A DNA stretch of 64,000 nucleotides, taken from Stegostoma tigrinum (Eukaryota). Positions 24,400 to 36,554 of this stretch are shown here, one piece after another. The DNA lies in contig NC_081358.1 in NCBI RefSeq assembly GCF_030684315.1, forward strand, positions 23,867,171-23,931,170, read 5' to 3'. Made by a program: the position numbers and the translations under genes. How positions within the stretch are numbered: the first letter of the stretch is position 1; the number at the start of each line of letters is the position of its first letter. The notes under the pieces were generated by a model. The model did not search any database. It was not told the DNA's origin and was given only the letters and a program-made list of their open reading frames with translations.

Positions 24400-25900
24400 T
24401 CAAATCAAACCACTGCTCTCTGGTAGATCTTTCAATTTTCTGAAGATATCCTCAATGCTTGAAGAGTTTTGCGGACATGCCACATCCCTGGCACACCTCT
24501 CTTTTGTTTGTTAAGCTGAGACAAGCCACTGTTAACTCTCACTGTTGATGACTGATACAAGTATTAATTCTGATTATCGTTTTATTACTGCTGTCCATTA
24601 CTAGTTTTTTCTAAGCACTCAATTATTTTCAGATAGCAGACTGTACCAAATACCTCCTCATAGTTTGTAAAGAATACATATGCATGTTTTGCACTTGAGA
24701 CACATTAGCCTGATCATTTCTTTTCCAATCAATTCTTAAAATCATTTTCATCATGAGGCACTTTTCTTTTTTGCTGTGAATACTCCAGGACATTTGGTTT
24801 ATTTGAAATCTTAATAAGCACTGACTGCACAAGATCCTCAAATACAAATCCTGTTCTGTAAATTTTGTTTCAGAGGTCTGTCAGTATCTCGAAGTTAACA
24901 TTATTGCAGGGTGTTCAGATGTTTGTTGGTATCCAATTCATTCCAGATATTTTCCTTGTTTTCATTTTTGGGATTGCTGCTCTGACTTCTGCCTCAATTA
25001 TCTTAGTTTTTCTCTAATGGTACCAGTTCCGTTGTCTTCATCATCATATTATTCACCAATGCACTCCACCCATTGTCTGTCTGCATTTTGTTTTTGAAAA
25101 GGTTCTCCTTCCTTACCCATTATACAGCCACCATTTTAGCTTGTTTTTTATTGCTTTTATCATGTTTCCTTTTCTGCCATCAAATGTAGCATTCTGAAGT
25201 CTAGTATTTCATCAGTCACCCATGTTGATGTTTACCTCTTTCTGAAGGACAAATTCAATTACTGCAGATTGTGTTCTGCTTCCACATTGCCAAATACTTT
25301 CCCACTGTTTCTCCCACACTGAGGTCTTGATCTGTCACTTCCTAAAGCAATATTTCATACTTTAATGTAACCTCTATAGCATACTTCATTTTCGTATACT
25401 CATCTCTCAGTCTGTTCAGGTAGGCTTGGCTTTTAATTGGATTTCTTTTTAGGGTTTATAGTGATACCTTCCTTACAATTAGGCAGTGACCTGAATTTTG
25501 ACAACTACACTTGGCAAAGTGACAGCAGTTTGATGTTATTCTTGTACTTTTCCCTGTTAATCAAAAAATTTATCTGATTTCTGCGAAGATCTTCAAAACA
25601 CCTCATGATGTATAGATTTCTTGAATGTTGTTTGAGGATTGTATATTAATGATGACCATGTTTCCTCAAAAAAATAGCATCAGATCTTCACGTCTGCTGC
25701 TCTTTGTTCCTGGTATACAAGCTCAAACTACATTTTCACACCTACCTCTGCCGACTTTTATGTTAAATCGCCCATGAATAGCAACGTGTCTTGTACTTTT
25801 CACTTGTTTCAATTCATTTTTCACCACCGCATACAATATGTCAAATTGTTTATCACTGCGATTCTGCAGTGTCACATACAATTTTGAACATATAAAGTTT
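24400..25900 (-). mobile_element. Decayed RTE-clade LINE (EN C-half and RT)
   Basis: Minus translation: LFMGDL..KVG, KQHSRNLY...RNQINF, LRDEYTKMKYAIEV, KRGV/QGCGMSAKLF. Confidence 0.75.
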
Positions 25901-26429
25901 GTTTTCCTTTTGTTATAACAAGTGTTGATCAGAAATATTAATTTAAATTATTGGTGGGGAGTATTAATTTTTAATTATATATCATTGGCCTGATATACAT
26001 ACAGTGAACTTTTTGAGAAGAACATTGTTCAAAGGAAAGGAAATTGACGACAGTAGTTCAAATGCTGCATTTGCTAAGAACACAAGCTGAAGCCACCAAG
26101 TCCACAATATTTCGACAGTTTACAGAACTTGGTTTTTGGTTACATAATGTACAGGATATGACCTAACATAGTTAGATAGTAAGTGCCACAGGTAACAAGT
26201 CTGTCGCATCTCTGACACTTTCTTCGAAATCTTCCTCATTGATGTCTGAGAGATCCATCAGAGGATTTCAATACTGCAAGCTGAGAGTTCTGAATCAAAA
26301 CATGTCTCCCGATGAATAGGGAAATTAATCAGTTGTGACTGCACCAGTGAGAAACCTAGAAAGCAGCTGCTAATGTGGAAAGTGCCCCTTCAGCTGTAAA
26401 CAAGGTTCCAGATAATCTAATGCTAAAGG

Positions 26430-26516
26430 GGTGCAGAGCTAGATGAACACAGCAGGCCAAGCAACATCAGAGGAGCAGGAAAGCTGACGTTTCAGGCCTG
26501 GACCCTTCTTCAGAAA
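26430..26516 (-). repeat. Penelope pseudo-LTR fragment with hammerhead motif
   Basis: Minus strand: CTGAAGA-agggtccaggcct-GAAAC-GTC. Confidence 0.75.
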
Positions 26517-27049
26517 ATTGTCTCGTCACAGTTTACCCTGCCACCCAATTTGGTATCATCTGCAAACTTGGAGATAGTGCATTTTGTTCCCTCATCCAAA
26601 TCATTAATATATATTGTAAATAGCAGCATTTCAATGCTGATCCCTGAGGCACCGAGATTTAGGAGCTGAGATTCTGCAGAGTTCTATTGCCTTCTTTTGA
26701 ATGGTTATGGGGGTGAGGGAGGGATTGAAGAGTGGTTTTTGTTTTGTATTTTGACTGGGTAGTTGAATATATTTGTACATTTTAAATCCCTTGTTGAAAA
26801 TTTCTGCATCTTTGCTTGAGTGAGTTTAAGAAATAAAATTAACCTTTTACACATTTATTTATGGAACCTGACTAGCTCATTCTTACAGCAAGTTATTCAT
26901 AGTGAATAATTGATTTATTAAATTAACAACTTCATCTCCCTTTTAAATTCAAACCTGTTGCCCAGGAATGAAGTGAAGAAAGGAGTCATGGCTTTCAAAA
27001 TCCTACACATTGTTGGTTCACCCCTCCTGACTTGGTCATGACATTTTAA

Positions 27050-27415
27050 ATTCATCACCAATGGTAATATTGCTAGGCTATTAATCCAGAACCCCAGATC
27101 AATGCTTTCGGAACTTGGGTATACGTCCTACTACGGAAGATGACAACTTCAAATCTCACCATCTAACATAATGGGACACAAATGCAACAAGGAAAGAAAT
27201 ATCTAGAATTAAAAGCTAGCTTAATGGAAGCAATGTATCACTCTTTGACCATTGTAAAATCCCATACAGTTCACTAATGTCTTTAAAGAAGAAAACTGGC
27301 ATCATTCTAGAGACACAACAATGTGGTTGCCTAAACTACCCTCTGGGAAATTAGGGATGGGCAATAAATATTAGCCCAGCCAGTAATGACCTCATGCCAT
27401 GGATAAACATTAAAA
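27050..27415 (+). mobile_element. tRNA-derived SINE with LINE-type tail
   Basis: ggtaatattgctaggctattaatccaga... head and ...ttagggatgggcaataaat... tail; a related partial copy lies at ~52020-52210 (-). Confidence 0.6.
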
Positions 27416-27419
27416 TAAA

Positions 27420-27720
27420 CTTGCCATAAAATATCTCAACATTGTTCTTTTCATCATTATTCTGACTCCAGTTTTATGTTCATTCCCACCTGAAAAGAAC
27501 AACACCTCCTTTTTGATTCCAACCAACGTTAGCCAAATTCAGAAGGTCAGTGTTGAGTCTGAACATCTCTTTCATGCAGCTCTCCATTTCCCCAATTTGA
27601 TAGAGCGTGCAATTTCCAATTTTCAAGACATCTTGTTTGGTTTTGAATACCATCATTACATTGTAGCCTTTCTTTCAAGTTTTTCCCTCATTCTATTTCT
27701 ACTTCTTAGCTAGTCCTCCT
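27420..27720 (-). mobile_element. 5' part (EN N-terminus) of the same RTE LINE
   Basis: KIGNCTLYQIGEMESCMKEMFRLNTDLLNLANVGW...GGNEHKTGVRI resembles the RTE motif IGTWNVRTL...EMxRLNIDILGLSEVRW...HxxGVG. Confidence 0.75.
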
Positions 27721-28544
27721 TTTCTCTGCTCATAGTTAGAGCTGACATCTCAGCAGGAAGCTCAGGTCTGCCTAAATCACCAATACTCATATACAATTAG
27801 ACCCCATGACAACTGTAACATTTGGCTATTACTGTGGTTCTTCTGAAGTGATCAGCCACTTGTTCTTAAACATTATAACTCTGCCCTGATGGGTCTTGCC
27901 TTACTCTTGGCTTTCTGAGCCATTAACTTTAAGTATTGAGCTTTTCTGCCCCAAGTGCTGGTCCAGGCTCTGTGCACTTGAAATGGGCAATGTGCTTTGT
28001 AAAGAATCTTGTGAAAGTCTGTTTCCACACTTAATTTAGCAACCAACTGATGTAATTGTCCCAGAGCATGCTTGCTGTCATTTGTTTGAAGCTCTTTGAA
28101 GACATAAGAAATGTAATTTATACATTCTCACTTTTCCGACTATCTTCATACTGGCACACACTCAAAACAGCAATATAAAGTTTAACTCACACTGTTATTC
28201 CTTTTCTTTTAACAAAGCTTTTAAGTAACTGAACAGAAAGTTGAAGAAAATGAGGAAGTTGAACAACATCAGTTTAAAAAAGTCACAGAACAGAATTTTA
28301 AGTTCTGAAGAAGAGGCATACCACACTCAAAATATGAAGTCTATTTCCTTCTCCATGGACCTGTTGAGTTTTTCCAGCATTCTCAGTGTTTATTTCAGAT
28401 TCTGGCATTTTGCTTTTCTTGGAGTGTTTAATTCAGTGCCACTTCTCTTATACATATACCCATCTTGGGGTTCAGCATTCGCTTGTTCACCTTCATTGCT
28501 TTCTATTCCCTTCCTAGTGTTCAAATAAACCGTTTGCTAAAACT

Positions 28545-29005
28545 TGATGTGGAGGTGCCAGTGTTGGGCTGGGGTGAACAAAGGCAGAAGTCACACGACA
28601 GCAGATTATAGTCCAAATGATTTGTTTGAAATCACAAGCTTTCACAGCATAGCCCCTTCATCAGGTGAAGTGAGACAGAAGCACACAGAACACAGAATTT
28701 ATCATCAGAGAAATCAAAGGACCATACAAATGGTGTGAGTGGAATGCCGAATAATCAGTCCCTGGAGGTGAGCTGAAGTGTTAGATGGTGTGAATAAAGT
28801 TTAACACTTCGGATCACCTGCACAGACGTATGGTTCAGCCCTCCACTCACACCATTATTATCGTCTTTTGATCTCTCTACCCTTGATTTCTCTCTCCCAA
28901 TAAATTCTGTGTTATTTGTGCTTCTCTCTCAATTCACCTGGCGAAAGGGGTTACACTCCAAAAGCTTGGGGTTTTAAATAAACCTGTTGGACTATAGCCT
29001 GAATT
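28545..29005. mobile_element. Fold-back (imperfect palindromic) Penelope-derived element
   Basis: Left arm ttatagtccaa...gctttc...tcatcaggtgaa...cacagaatttat...tggtgtgagtgga...gaagtgtta is mirrored by the right arm taacacttc...tccactcacacca...ataaattctgtg...ttcacctg...aaagctt...ttggactata. Confidence 0.8.
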
Positions 29006-29017
29006 CCAACACAAGCT

Positions 29018-30145
29018 TTGTCTCAGAGATAGTCGGAACTGCAGCTGCTGGAGAATCTGACAGAAAAAGGTGTAGAGCAGGATGAACACAGCCGGCCAAG
29101 CAGCATCAGATAAGCAGGAAGGCTGCTGTTTTGGGCCTGGGCACTTCTTCAGAAATGGGGGAGGGGGGGGGGGGGGTTCTGAAATAAATAAGAAGAGAGG
29201 GGGAGGAGGATAGAAGATGGATAGAGGAGAAGGTAGGTAAAGAGGAGACAGACAGGTCAAAGGGGCAGGGATGGAACCAGTAAAGGTGAGTGTAGGTGGG
29301 GAGGAGGGAAGATATAGGTCAGTTCAGGGAGGATGGACAGGTCAAGGGGGCGGGATGAGGCTAGTAGGTAGGAGATAGGAGTGGGGCTTGAGGTGGGAGG
29401 AGGTGACAGATGAGAGGAAGGACAGGCTAGGCAGGCAGGGAGGAGCTTGGCAGTGCAGTAGGGGGAGGGGAGATTTTGCAGCTTGTGAAGTCCACATTGA
29501 TACCATTGGGCTGCAGGGTTCCCAAGCAGAATATGAGTTGCTGTTCCTGCAACCTTCAGGTAACATCGTTGTGGCGCTGCAGGAGGCCCAGGATGGAAAT
29601 ATTGTCTGAGGAATGGGAGGGGGAGTTGAAATGGTTCGTTACTGGGAGGTGCAGTTATTTAGTGCGAACTTAGTGTAGGTGTTCTGCAAAGCAGTCCTCA
29701 AGCCTCTGCTTGGTTTCCCCAATGTAGAGGAGGCCACAACGGGAACAGTGGATGCAGTATACCACATTGGCAGATGTGCAGGTGAACATCTGCTTGATGT
29801 GGAAAGTCTTCTTGGGGCCTGGGATGGGGGTGAAGGGGGAGGTGTGGCGGCAGGTGTAGCACTTCCTGCGGTTGCAGGGGAAGGTGCCAGGTGTGGTGGG
29901 GCTGGAGGGGAGTGTAGAGTGGACAAGAAAGTCACGGAAAGAGTGGTGCCTCCTGAAAGCAGATAAGGGTGGCGAGGGAAAAATGTCTTTGGTGGTGGGA
30001 TCGGATTGCAGACGGCGGAAGTGTCGGAGGATGATGCGTTGGATCTGGAGGTTGGTGGGATGGTACATGAGGATGAGGGGATTCTGTTTTGGTTGTTATT
30101 GCGGGGACAGGGTGTGAGGGATGAGTTCCGGGAAATGCAGGAGCC
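29018..30145 (-). mobile_element. Penelope-like element 3' portion (GIY-YIG) with pseudo-LTR
   Basis: ORF 29670..30068: GTFPCNRRKCYTC...FTCTSANVVYCIHCSRCGLLYIGETKQRLEDCFAEH. Confidence 0.92.
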
Positions 30146-30624
30146 TTTCATGTTTTGACCCCAGAGGAATCATTGGCATTTCCAAGATATAGAATGCTCC
30201 TCAAACAGGTGCTCCACTGCATCCTAAGATCCACACCCAGTGTCACATTCAGCCACTTGTTCACTCTCAAGCTTTCTCTCCATCAGCACTGCTTCACACT
30301 ATCTCAACGTTACCCCCTGTCCTCATTCCATTTCATTCTTCTTCTCCTCATTGATTCTTTAACCAGAACTTTGTCTCCTCCTTTCAGGTCTTAAGGAACG
30401 CAAGCTTCAAAACTAAACAGTACTGATGGTCCCTTTGATTTTTTTATCCCCCTTCCCTTCTCTCCAACTCCAAGAATTCATCTAATAACACTTCTTGCTG
30501 TGTATTTATCATAACCTCTGAACTTGCCCTTGCTCTTGCTGAATGATCTGTGTTCAGCAAAGGACGTAGCTTTATACCTTTATGGTGACACCTCAATGAA
30601 TTTCAGGCACAACATTTGGGCTTG

Positions 30625-31055
30625 TCATGTTATAAGTAGTTAAGGGTTCTGGATCTGTACTCAATGGAATTTAGAAAGATGAAGGAGGGTAATCTCATTA
30701 AAACTTATCAAATACTGATGGGTCTAGAAAGAGTGGACGTGGAGAATATGTTTCAACTAATGGAAGAATTAAAATCTGAAGGTATAGCCTCAGAGGGAAG
30801 GGACAACACATTAGAACTGAGATGAGGAGGAATTTATTCAACATATGGCAGTGAATCTATGGAACTCATTACCACAGAGAGCTGTGGAGGATAAGACACT
30901 GAGTGTACTGAAGGCAGAGGTAAATTGGTTGTTGGTTAGTAAGGGAATAAGGGATACAGGCAGAAGAGGGTTCTAAATGTATTAGCCATGGCAGAATGCA
31001 AAACAGATTCATTGGGCCGAATGGTCTAATTCTCCTCCTATACCTTATGGTCTAA
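30625..31055 (+). mobile_element. CR1 3' fragment
   Basis: LYSMEFRKM...LRTEMRRNLF...VNLWNSLP motifs and a tatggtct tail. Confidence 0.8.
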
Positions 31056-32039
31056 AATGACACTAAACTCTTCTTCTGTGAGCTTCCTATCCATGCCTAT
31101 TTATTTAGACAGAAGTCTTCTGCCTGCCACACAGAACGTTCCACCCATTTCCAATACTTCCCCTCCTCCTGGACCCTTCCATCTAGCCTTTTTAAAAAAA
31201 GTTCTGAATCTAAGTCATACTAGGCTCAAAACATTAACTCTGTTTCTCTCTCCATAGGTGCTGTCAGACCTGCTGAGTTTCTCCAGCATTCTCTGTGTTC
31301 AAATCTTATCTTTTGTTCGACCAAGTCTAAATTGTGCCTAATTTTTGGAGGTGTGCTCACCATGAGACTTGAGTTTTCTCACCATATCTTGCCAAACTCA
31401 CCTCACTTAATGCCTACCATGCCTTTTCAGAGTTGCACACATTTTGTTTCCTGCTCATCTTACCAAATGCAACTCCCAAACCAACTTGTCCTTGAGGGGA
31501 TATCCCAGAATTCATTGGTATTCTTTATGTTTGCACCAGCTTTAAAAGCGTGTTATATGCCAGGACAAACACATGGGAAAAGTAAAGGCTGTAAGTAAAA
31601 AACTTTAATGAAAGCATCACAGAGTAAACTTAAAGGTCTACACTTAATCATTGTGAAGCTTGTAAATGTTTAAATCTGTTTGAACATTTAGGGAATGTTA
31701 AACTTTATATTTTGAAGAGAAAGAAACTGGCACTTGTAAAATTTTATACAGCAAGATAAACTGTAGTAAACTGCAAAGAGTAAAGATAAGAGTTTGCACT
31801 TGAATGACTATCGTAGTCTTCGAATCTGTATTGGAATCTCTATTCAGGATCACAGAAGTATTACAACACAAAAGAAAGCTATTCACATCATGGTTACACA
31901 GAGATCATTACTTAGTCCAATTCTTTTCCTCATATGCTTGCATGTGGTTTCAATTCAAATAATCATCTAATGCCCTCTTGAATGCCTAGATTGAACCTCC
32001 ACTACACTTCCAGGCAGCTAGTTAGCCAGTTTTCTATTG

Positions 32040-34640
32040 TTCCAGGGGTGCTTTTAGTGTCTTTTATGGTGAGCACAGACATAAAATACTTGGCTGCCAT
32101 TTCCTTGTTCCCAATTATTAATATACCATCTTACACTCTATGAGATTAAGTGTTACTTTAGAACATAAGAAAATCAGAACTAGGTGTAAAGTAGCATTTC
32201 CGCCCCTCAAGCCTGCACTGCCATTTAATATGATCATGGCTGATCTCATCTTGGTCTCAAATCCACATTCTTTAGCTATTATTTACTTTCAGATTTTGTA
32301 AGTGCCACTCATTTTCATATTTCTTCCTTTTTTCTCATACTCACGGTGGCTCAATGGTCAGCACTGCTGCCTTACAGCACAAGGGACCCAAGTTTGATTC
32401 CATCCTCGGGTGATTGTCTGTGTGAAGTTTGCACATTCTCCCTGTGTCTCTGTGGGTTTCCTCCAGGTGCTCTCATTTCCTCCCACAAGTCCACAGATGT
32501 GCAAGTTAGGCAGATTTGGGCATATTAAATTACCCGTAGTGTTCAGGGATGTGTAGATTATGGGGGTTATGAGGGATGGGTCTAGGTGGGATGTTCTGAG
32601 GGAAGGTGTTGCCTTGTTGGGCCTGTTTCCACAGTGTAGGCATTCTACACACAGCAATATAAATATGTACTCATATTACTCCTTTGGTATTATGGTTTTA
32701 GTCCTCCTTTACTGGTTCTAAATTATTTCTTAATCTCGCGCTATCACTAATTATTGCAGTATTGTACATTTTTCTTTCAATTTGATACTGTCCCAAACTT
32801 ACTTAATTATCAATGAATACCTACTCATTGTATCTTTTTCTTTCAAAGAAATATATAGTTGTTGAGCTATGAAAGATTCCCTTGTATATCTACCACTGTG
32901 TCTCTGCTGTCTGACCTTTTCACTTATTTTCCCATTCCAGTTTGGCTAACTCTGCCTCCATACCATGGTAATTACTTTGATATTTATGACACTAATTTCA
33001 GATCAAAATTTCTCCCTTCAAACTGAATGTGAAATTTTGTCAAGTTAAGATCATTTTTCCAAGATGATGCTTTACTACAAGGTCAGTAATTAATCCTGCC
33101 CCATTACACATCACCAGGTTTAAAATAGCCTATTTGCTGGTTATTTCCACAATATTTTTTTCAAAGATACTGTCTCATTTACATCATGAATTCATCCTCC
33201 AGCAACTTTTGCCAATTTGATTTTTCCTTTCTGTATAAAAATTAAAGCCTCAAACAATTAAAGTGCATCTTTGTCACAGACACCACTGTTTCATGGTTTA
33301 TGTTGTGTCCTACAAAGTAGTTCCTATCAGACGGCTTATGAACTACACTTAGTAGCAAGTTATTTCATTTGCTATTTCTCATTTCCACGTAAACTGATTC
33401 TACATTTTGACCCTCAGAACCAACATCATTTCTCACTATTGATTTCATCCTTTGTTAACTAACCCACACAACCTCTCTTCCAATCATAACAAAGTATCAA
33501 ACATCCTAGAATATTCAGGTCCTAGCTGTAGTCACTTTGCAAGCAACACTGTAGTGGCTACCATTTTATGTTCATTTGCATTATTAATTCATCTACCTTA
33601 CACATTCTGCATGCATTTAGATAATAAGTTTTTAAATCTATTTTTAACCACTTTTCCTTATTTACTCTTGTTTATACATTCTGTCCATTTCTCTCATGTT
33701 CTGGTATGATTACCTGCTATTCTACGTTACTGCCTTACCCTTTATCTTTAACCTTCCAATTGTCCCTGCATTCGAACTTTCCATCCCCCAAACCCCTGTT
33801 TAATTTTAAGCTCTATCTTTAGATCAGTTATAAATTTCACCAGTAATCCCGTTCAAGTGAAAGCACAGTGGAACAGCTCTCTCTTTCCTTAATACTTTAT
33901 CCCACACCAATTTCTGAGCTACACATTGAACTTATTTATTCTACTCAATTTACTGCTGGTTCAGGCAGTGATCCAAATGTTATTACTTCTGTAGTTCTGC
34001 TTTTTACTTTAGTCCATAACTGCTTATTATCCCTCCGCAAAATCTCCTTCTTAGTCCTACCTATATCATTGGTCACCACATGGACTGTATGTTGGAATCT
34101 TCTGCTCCGACTCCAAATTACTACACAGATCTAAGGAGATGTCCTTAACTCTGGCATTATGCATGCAACACATCCTTCAGGGCTCACACTTTCAGCTGCA
34201 CAGAACATGACCTGGCCAAAAGTATTCTCTCGATTTCTGACTATCAGCTTATTTTTACTGTCATGTGAATAATGCTTGCACTACAATCCCAAGGTCTGTT
34301 CATTCATCCTTCCTGCAGTCTCTGCTTTTGTCTCAAAAGTTGCAAGAACCTTAAATCTTTTGGAAAATCACAAGGACTGAGGTCCTTCATTACTACTTCT
34401 GAATCCCCATACCTATCTCACTTATGGTCTCATCCTCCTGTCCCTAATCGCAAACCAAATTAAAAGTTTTAGCTTAAGGAGTGTGACTGCCTTCTAGAAG
34501 AAAATGCCTAGGTAAACTGCCCCTCTCTGAGGCATTGCAGTGTCAAAAATTCTGATTCCAGCTCAACAACTCCAGGCCAAATTTCATCAGCCAGAGTCAT
34601 GGGGTTGCAGTGTATAATATTGATATCCTCTAGCTTATAC
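32040..34640 (-). mobile_element. Old, heavily decayed CR1 LINE
   Basis: Minus-strand EN remnants (e.g. AILNLVMCN at ~33100) and ORF1-like remnants toward 34600. Confidence 0.6.
32343..32648 (+). mobile_element. HE1-like V-SINE
   Basis: cacggtggctcaatggtcagcactgctgcc...gtttgattcca (tRNA A/B-box-like) followed by the V-domain. Confidence 0.88.
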
Positions 34641-34847
34641 CTAACACAACAAACAACATACCTTGATTCACGTCCACCTTCACCGTGTTTAATTTATTTA
34701 AATGGTTGCCAATTTAGAGATATTACGCAAATGATATACCAAGTAGCTTGACCTATACATTTCATAAAAGACTTGTCTCCCTAGTATTGCTGAAACGATC
34801 ATCAATGTTTAGGGAAGCAAGTCTTTTAAAAAATCACTACATATCAG

Positions 34848-35110
34848 TTTGTACGTTTTCCCCATGTCTGCGTGGGTTTCCTCCAGGTGCTCCAATTTCC
34901 TCCCAGAGTAAAAAGAATTGCAGGTTAGATAGATTGGCCATGTTAAATTGCCCACAGTGTCCAGGATGCCCAGTCTAGGTGGATTAGCCATGTGAAATGC
35001 AGAAAATTGTGGGTTGGGTATGGGTGTGGTGCTCTTTGGAGGGCCAGAGTGGACTTGATGGACCGAATGATGTGCTTCCACTCAAGAGGGATTCTATAGT
35101 TCTATGATCT
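34848..35110 (+). mobile_element. 5'-truncated HE1-like SINE
   Basis: gtctgcgtgggtttcctccaggtgctcc...gattctatagttctatg. Confidence 0.8.
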
Positions 35111-35964
35111 ACATGTTCACCAAATTAAAGCACTGAACACACAAAAGACAGAAAAAATATATAAAAGCAAAATATTCTTTCCTCCATAACATCAAATTCC
35201 TAAAAGAGCACTGTCACATTCTGTGATTTAAAAAAAGCTGTTTACTTTTTAAGAGTTGAGTACTTGCATCCAAGCAGCAACAGCTAAGTCAGGTTCCTGT
35301 TAATAGTCATTAGCAACTATTCACTATTCAACACAGAAACAGGCTCTTCAGTCCAATTAGACTGTGACGATTAGGTTTCCTAATCTACACTAGTCGCATT
35401 TACCTGCGTTTAGCCCATATCCCTCCAAACTTTTCCTATCAAGTACCTGTCCAAATGTCTTTTAAATGTTGTCATTGTAACGCACTTCCACCACTTCAGT
35501 GGTCAAAGTAGTGAGTTGTAAATGTTAAATAGATGAGTAATGATAAACAGAAATCTTGTAAGCTAAATTTATGACTCCTACAAAACAATTTCAGAACATA
35601 TTGGAGTTTCAACAAACTAAAATAGAATACTAACTCCAGTATTCTGGGATTCTGCAGTGAGACAGGAGGAGTTTTCATGTTGGGCACGACGTGGTGAGGG
35701 GTCTGGTATGGGTGGAGTTGGGGATCTGCAAAGTAGTTTTGGGGTCACACTCTCAGTAAGTCAGGATTTGGTCTCATTTAATAGTGTCACTTTTCTTCTG
35801 CTAGTCATACATTCTGCTTACAAAAACAGAAATCATTGAAAAGCTTCAGCAGGTCTGGCAGCATCTGTGAAGAGAAATCAGAGGTAACGTTTAGAGTTCA
35901 GTGAGCCTTCTTGAGAACCATTCTACTTACCTTGGTAACCATTTTAATTAGTGATAACTCACCA

Positions 35965-36552
35965 TGAGAATATAGAAATATGGAAAATAGAAGCAGGAAT
36001 AGGTCAATCAGCCCTTATAGTCTGCTCTATCCATCATTATGATCACAGCTGATCTGCTAACTGAGTATCCTATTCCCACTCGTTCCCCAAATTCTTTGAT
36101 ACCTTTAGCCTCCAGAGTTATACCTAGCTCCTTTTTGAAAATGTTTAAGGTTTTGGCCTCAAATGATTTCTCTGGCAGAAAATTCCACTGGCTCGCCCTC
36201 TCTGGGTGAATAAATTTCTCCTCATCTCAGTCCAAATTGGCCTATTCCACATCTTAATACTGTGAACCCTGGTTCTGGACTCCCCAGCCATCGGGAATAT
36301 CCTGCCTGCATTAGCCCTGTCTGGTCCTAGTAGAGTTTTACAAGTTTCTATGAGATCCCGCTCACTCTTCTAAATTTGCGTGAGTTGATCCTCACTGATT
36401 CAACTCATATGTCAGTCCTGCCATCCCAGGGATCAGTCTGGGACACTTTTGTCGACCCCATCCATTGCAAGAAGATCTTTCTGAGATAAGGAGACAAAAC
36501 TGCACACAATATTCCACATATGTCTCATCAAGGTCTTATACAATTGCAGCAG
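35965..36552 (-). mobile_element. CR1 3' fragment
   Basis: Reverse complement of the CR1 ORF2 end and 3' UTR. Confidence 0.8.
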
Positions 36553-36554
36553 AC

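Noticed and set aside
32343-32420. tRNA gene
   Set aside because: tRNA-like head of an HE1 SINE; no complete cloverleaf.
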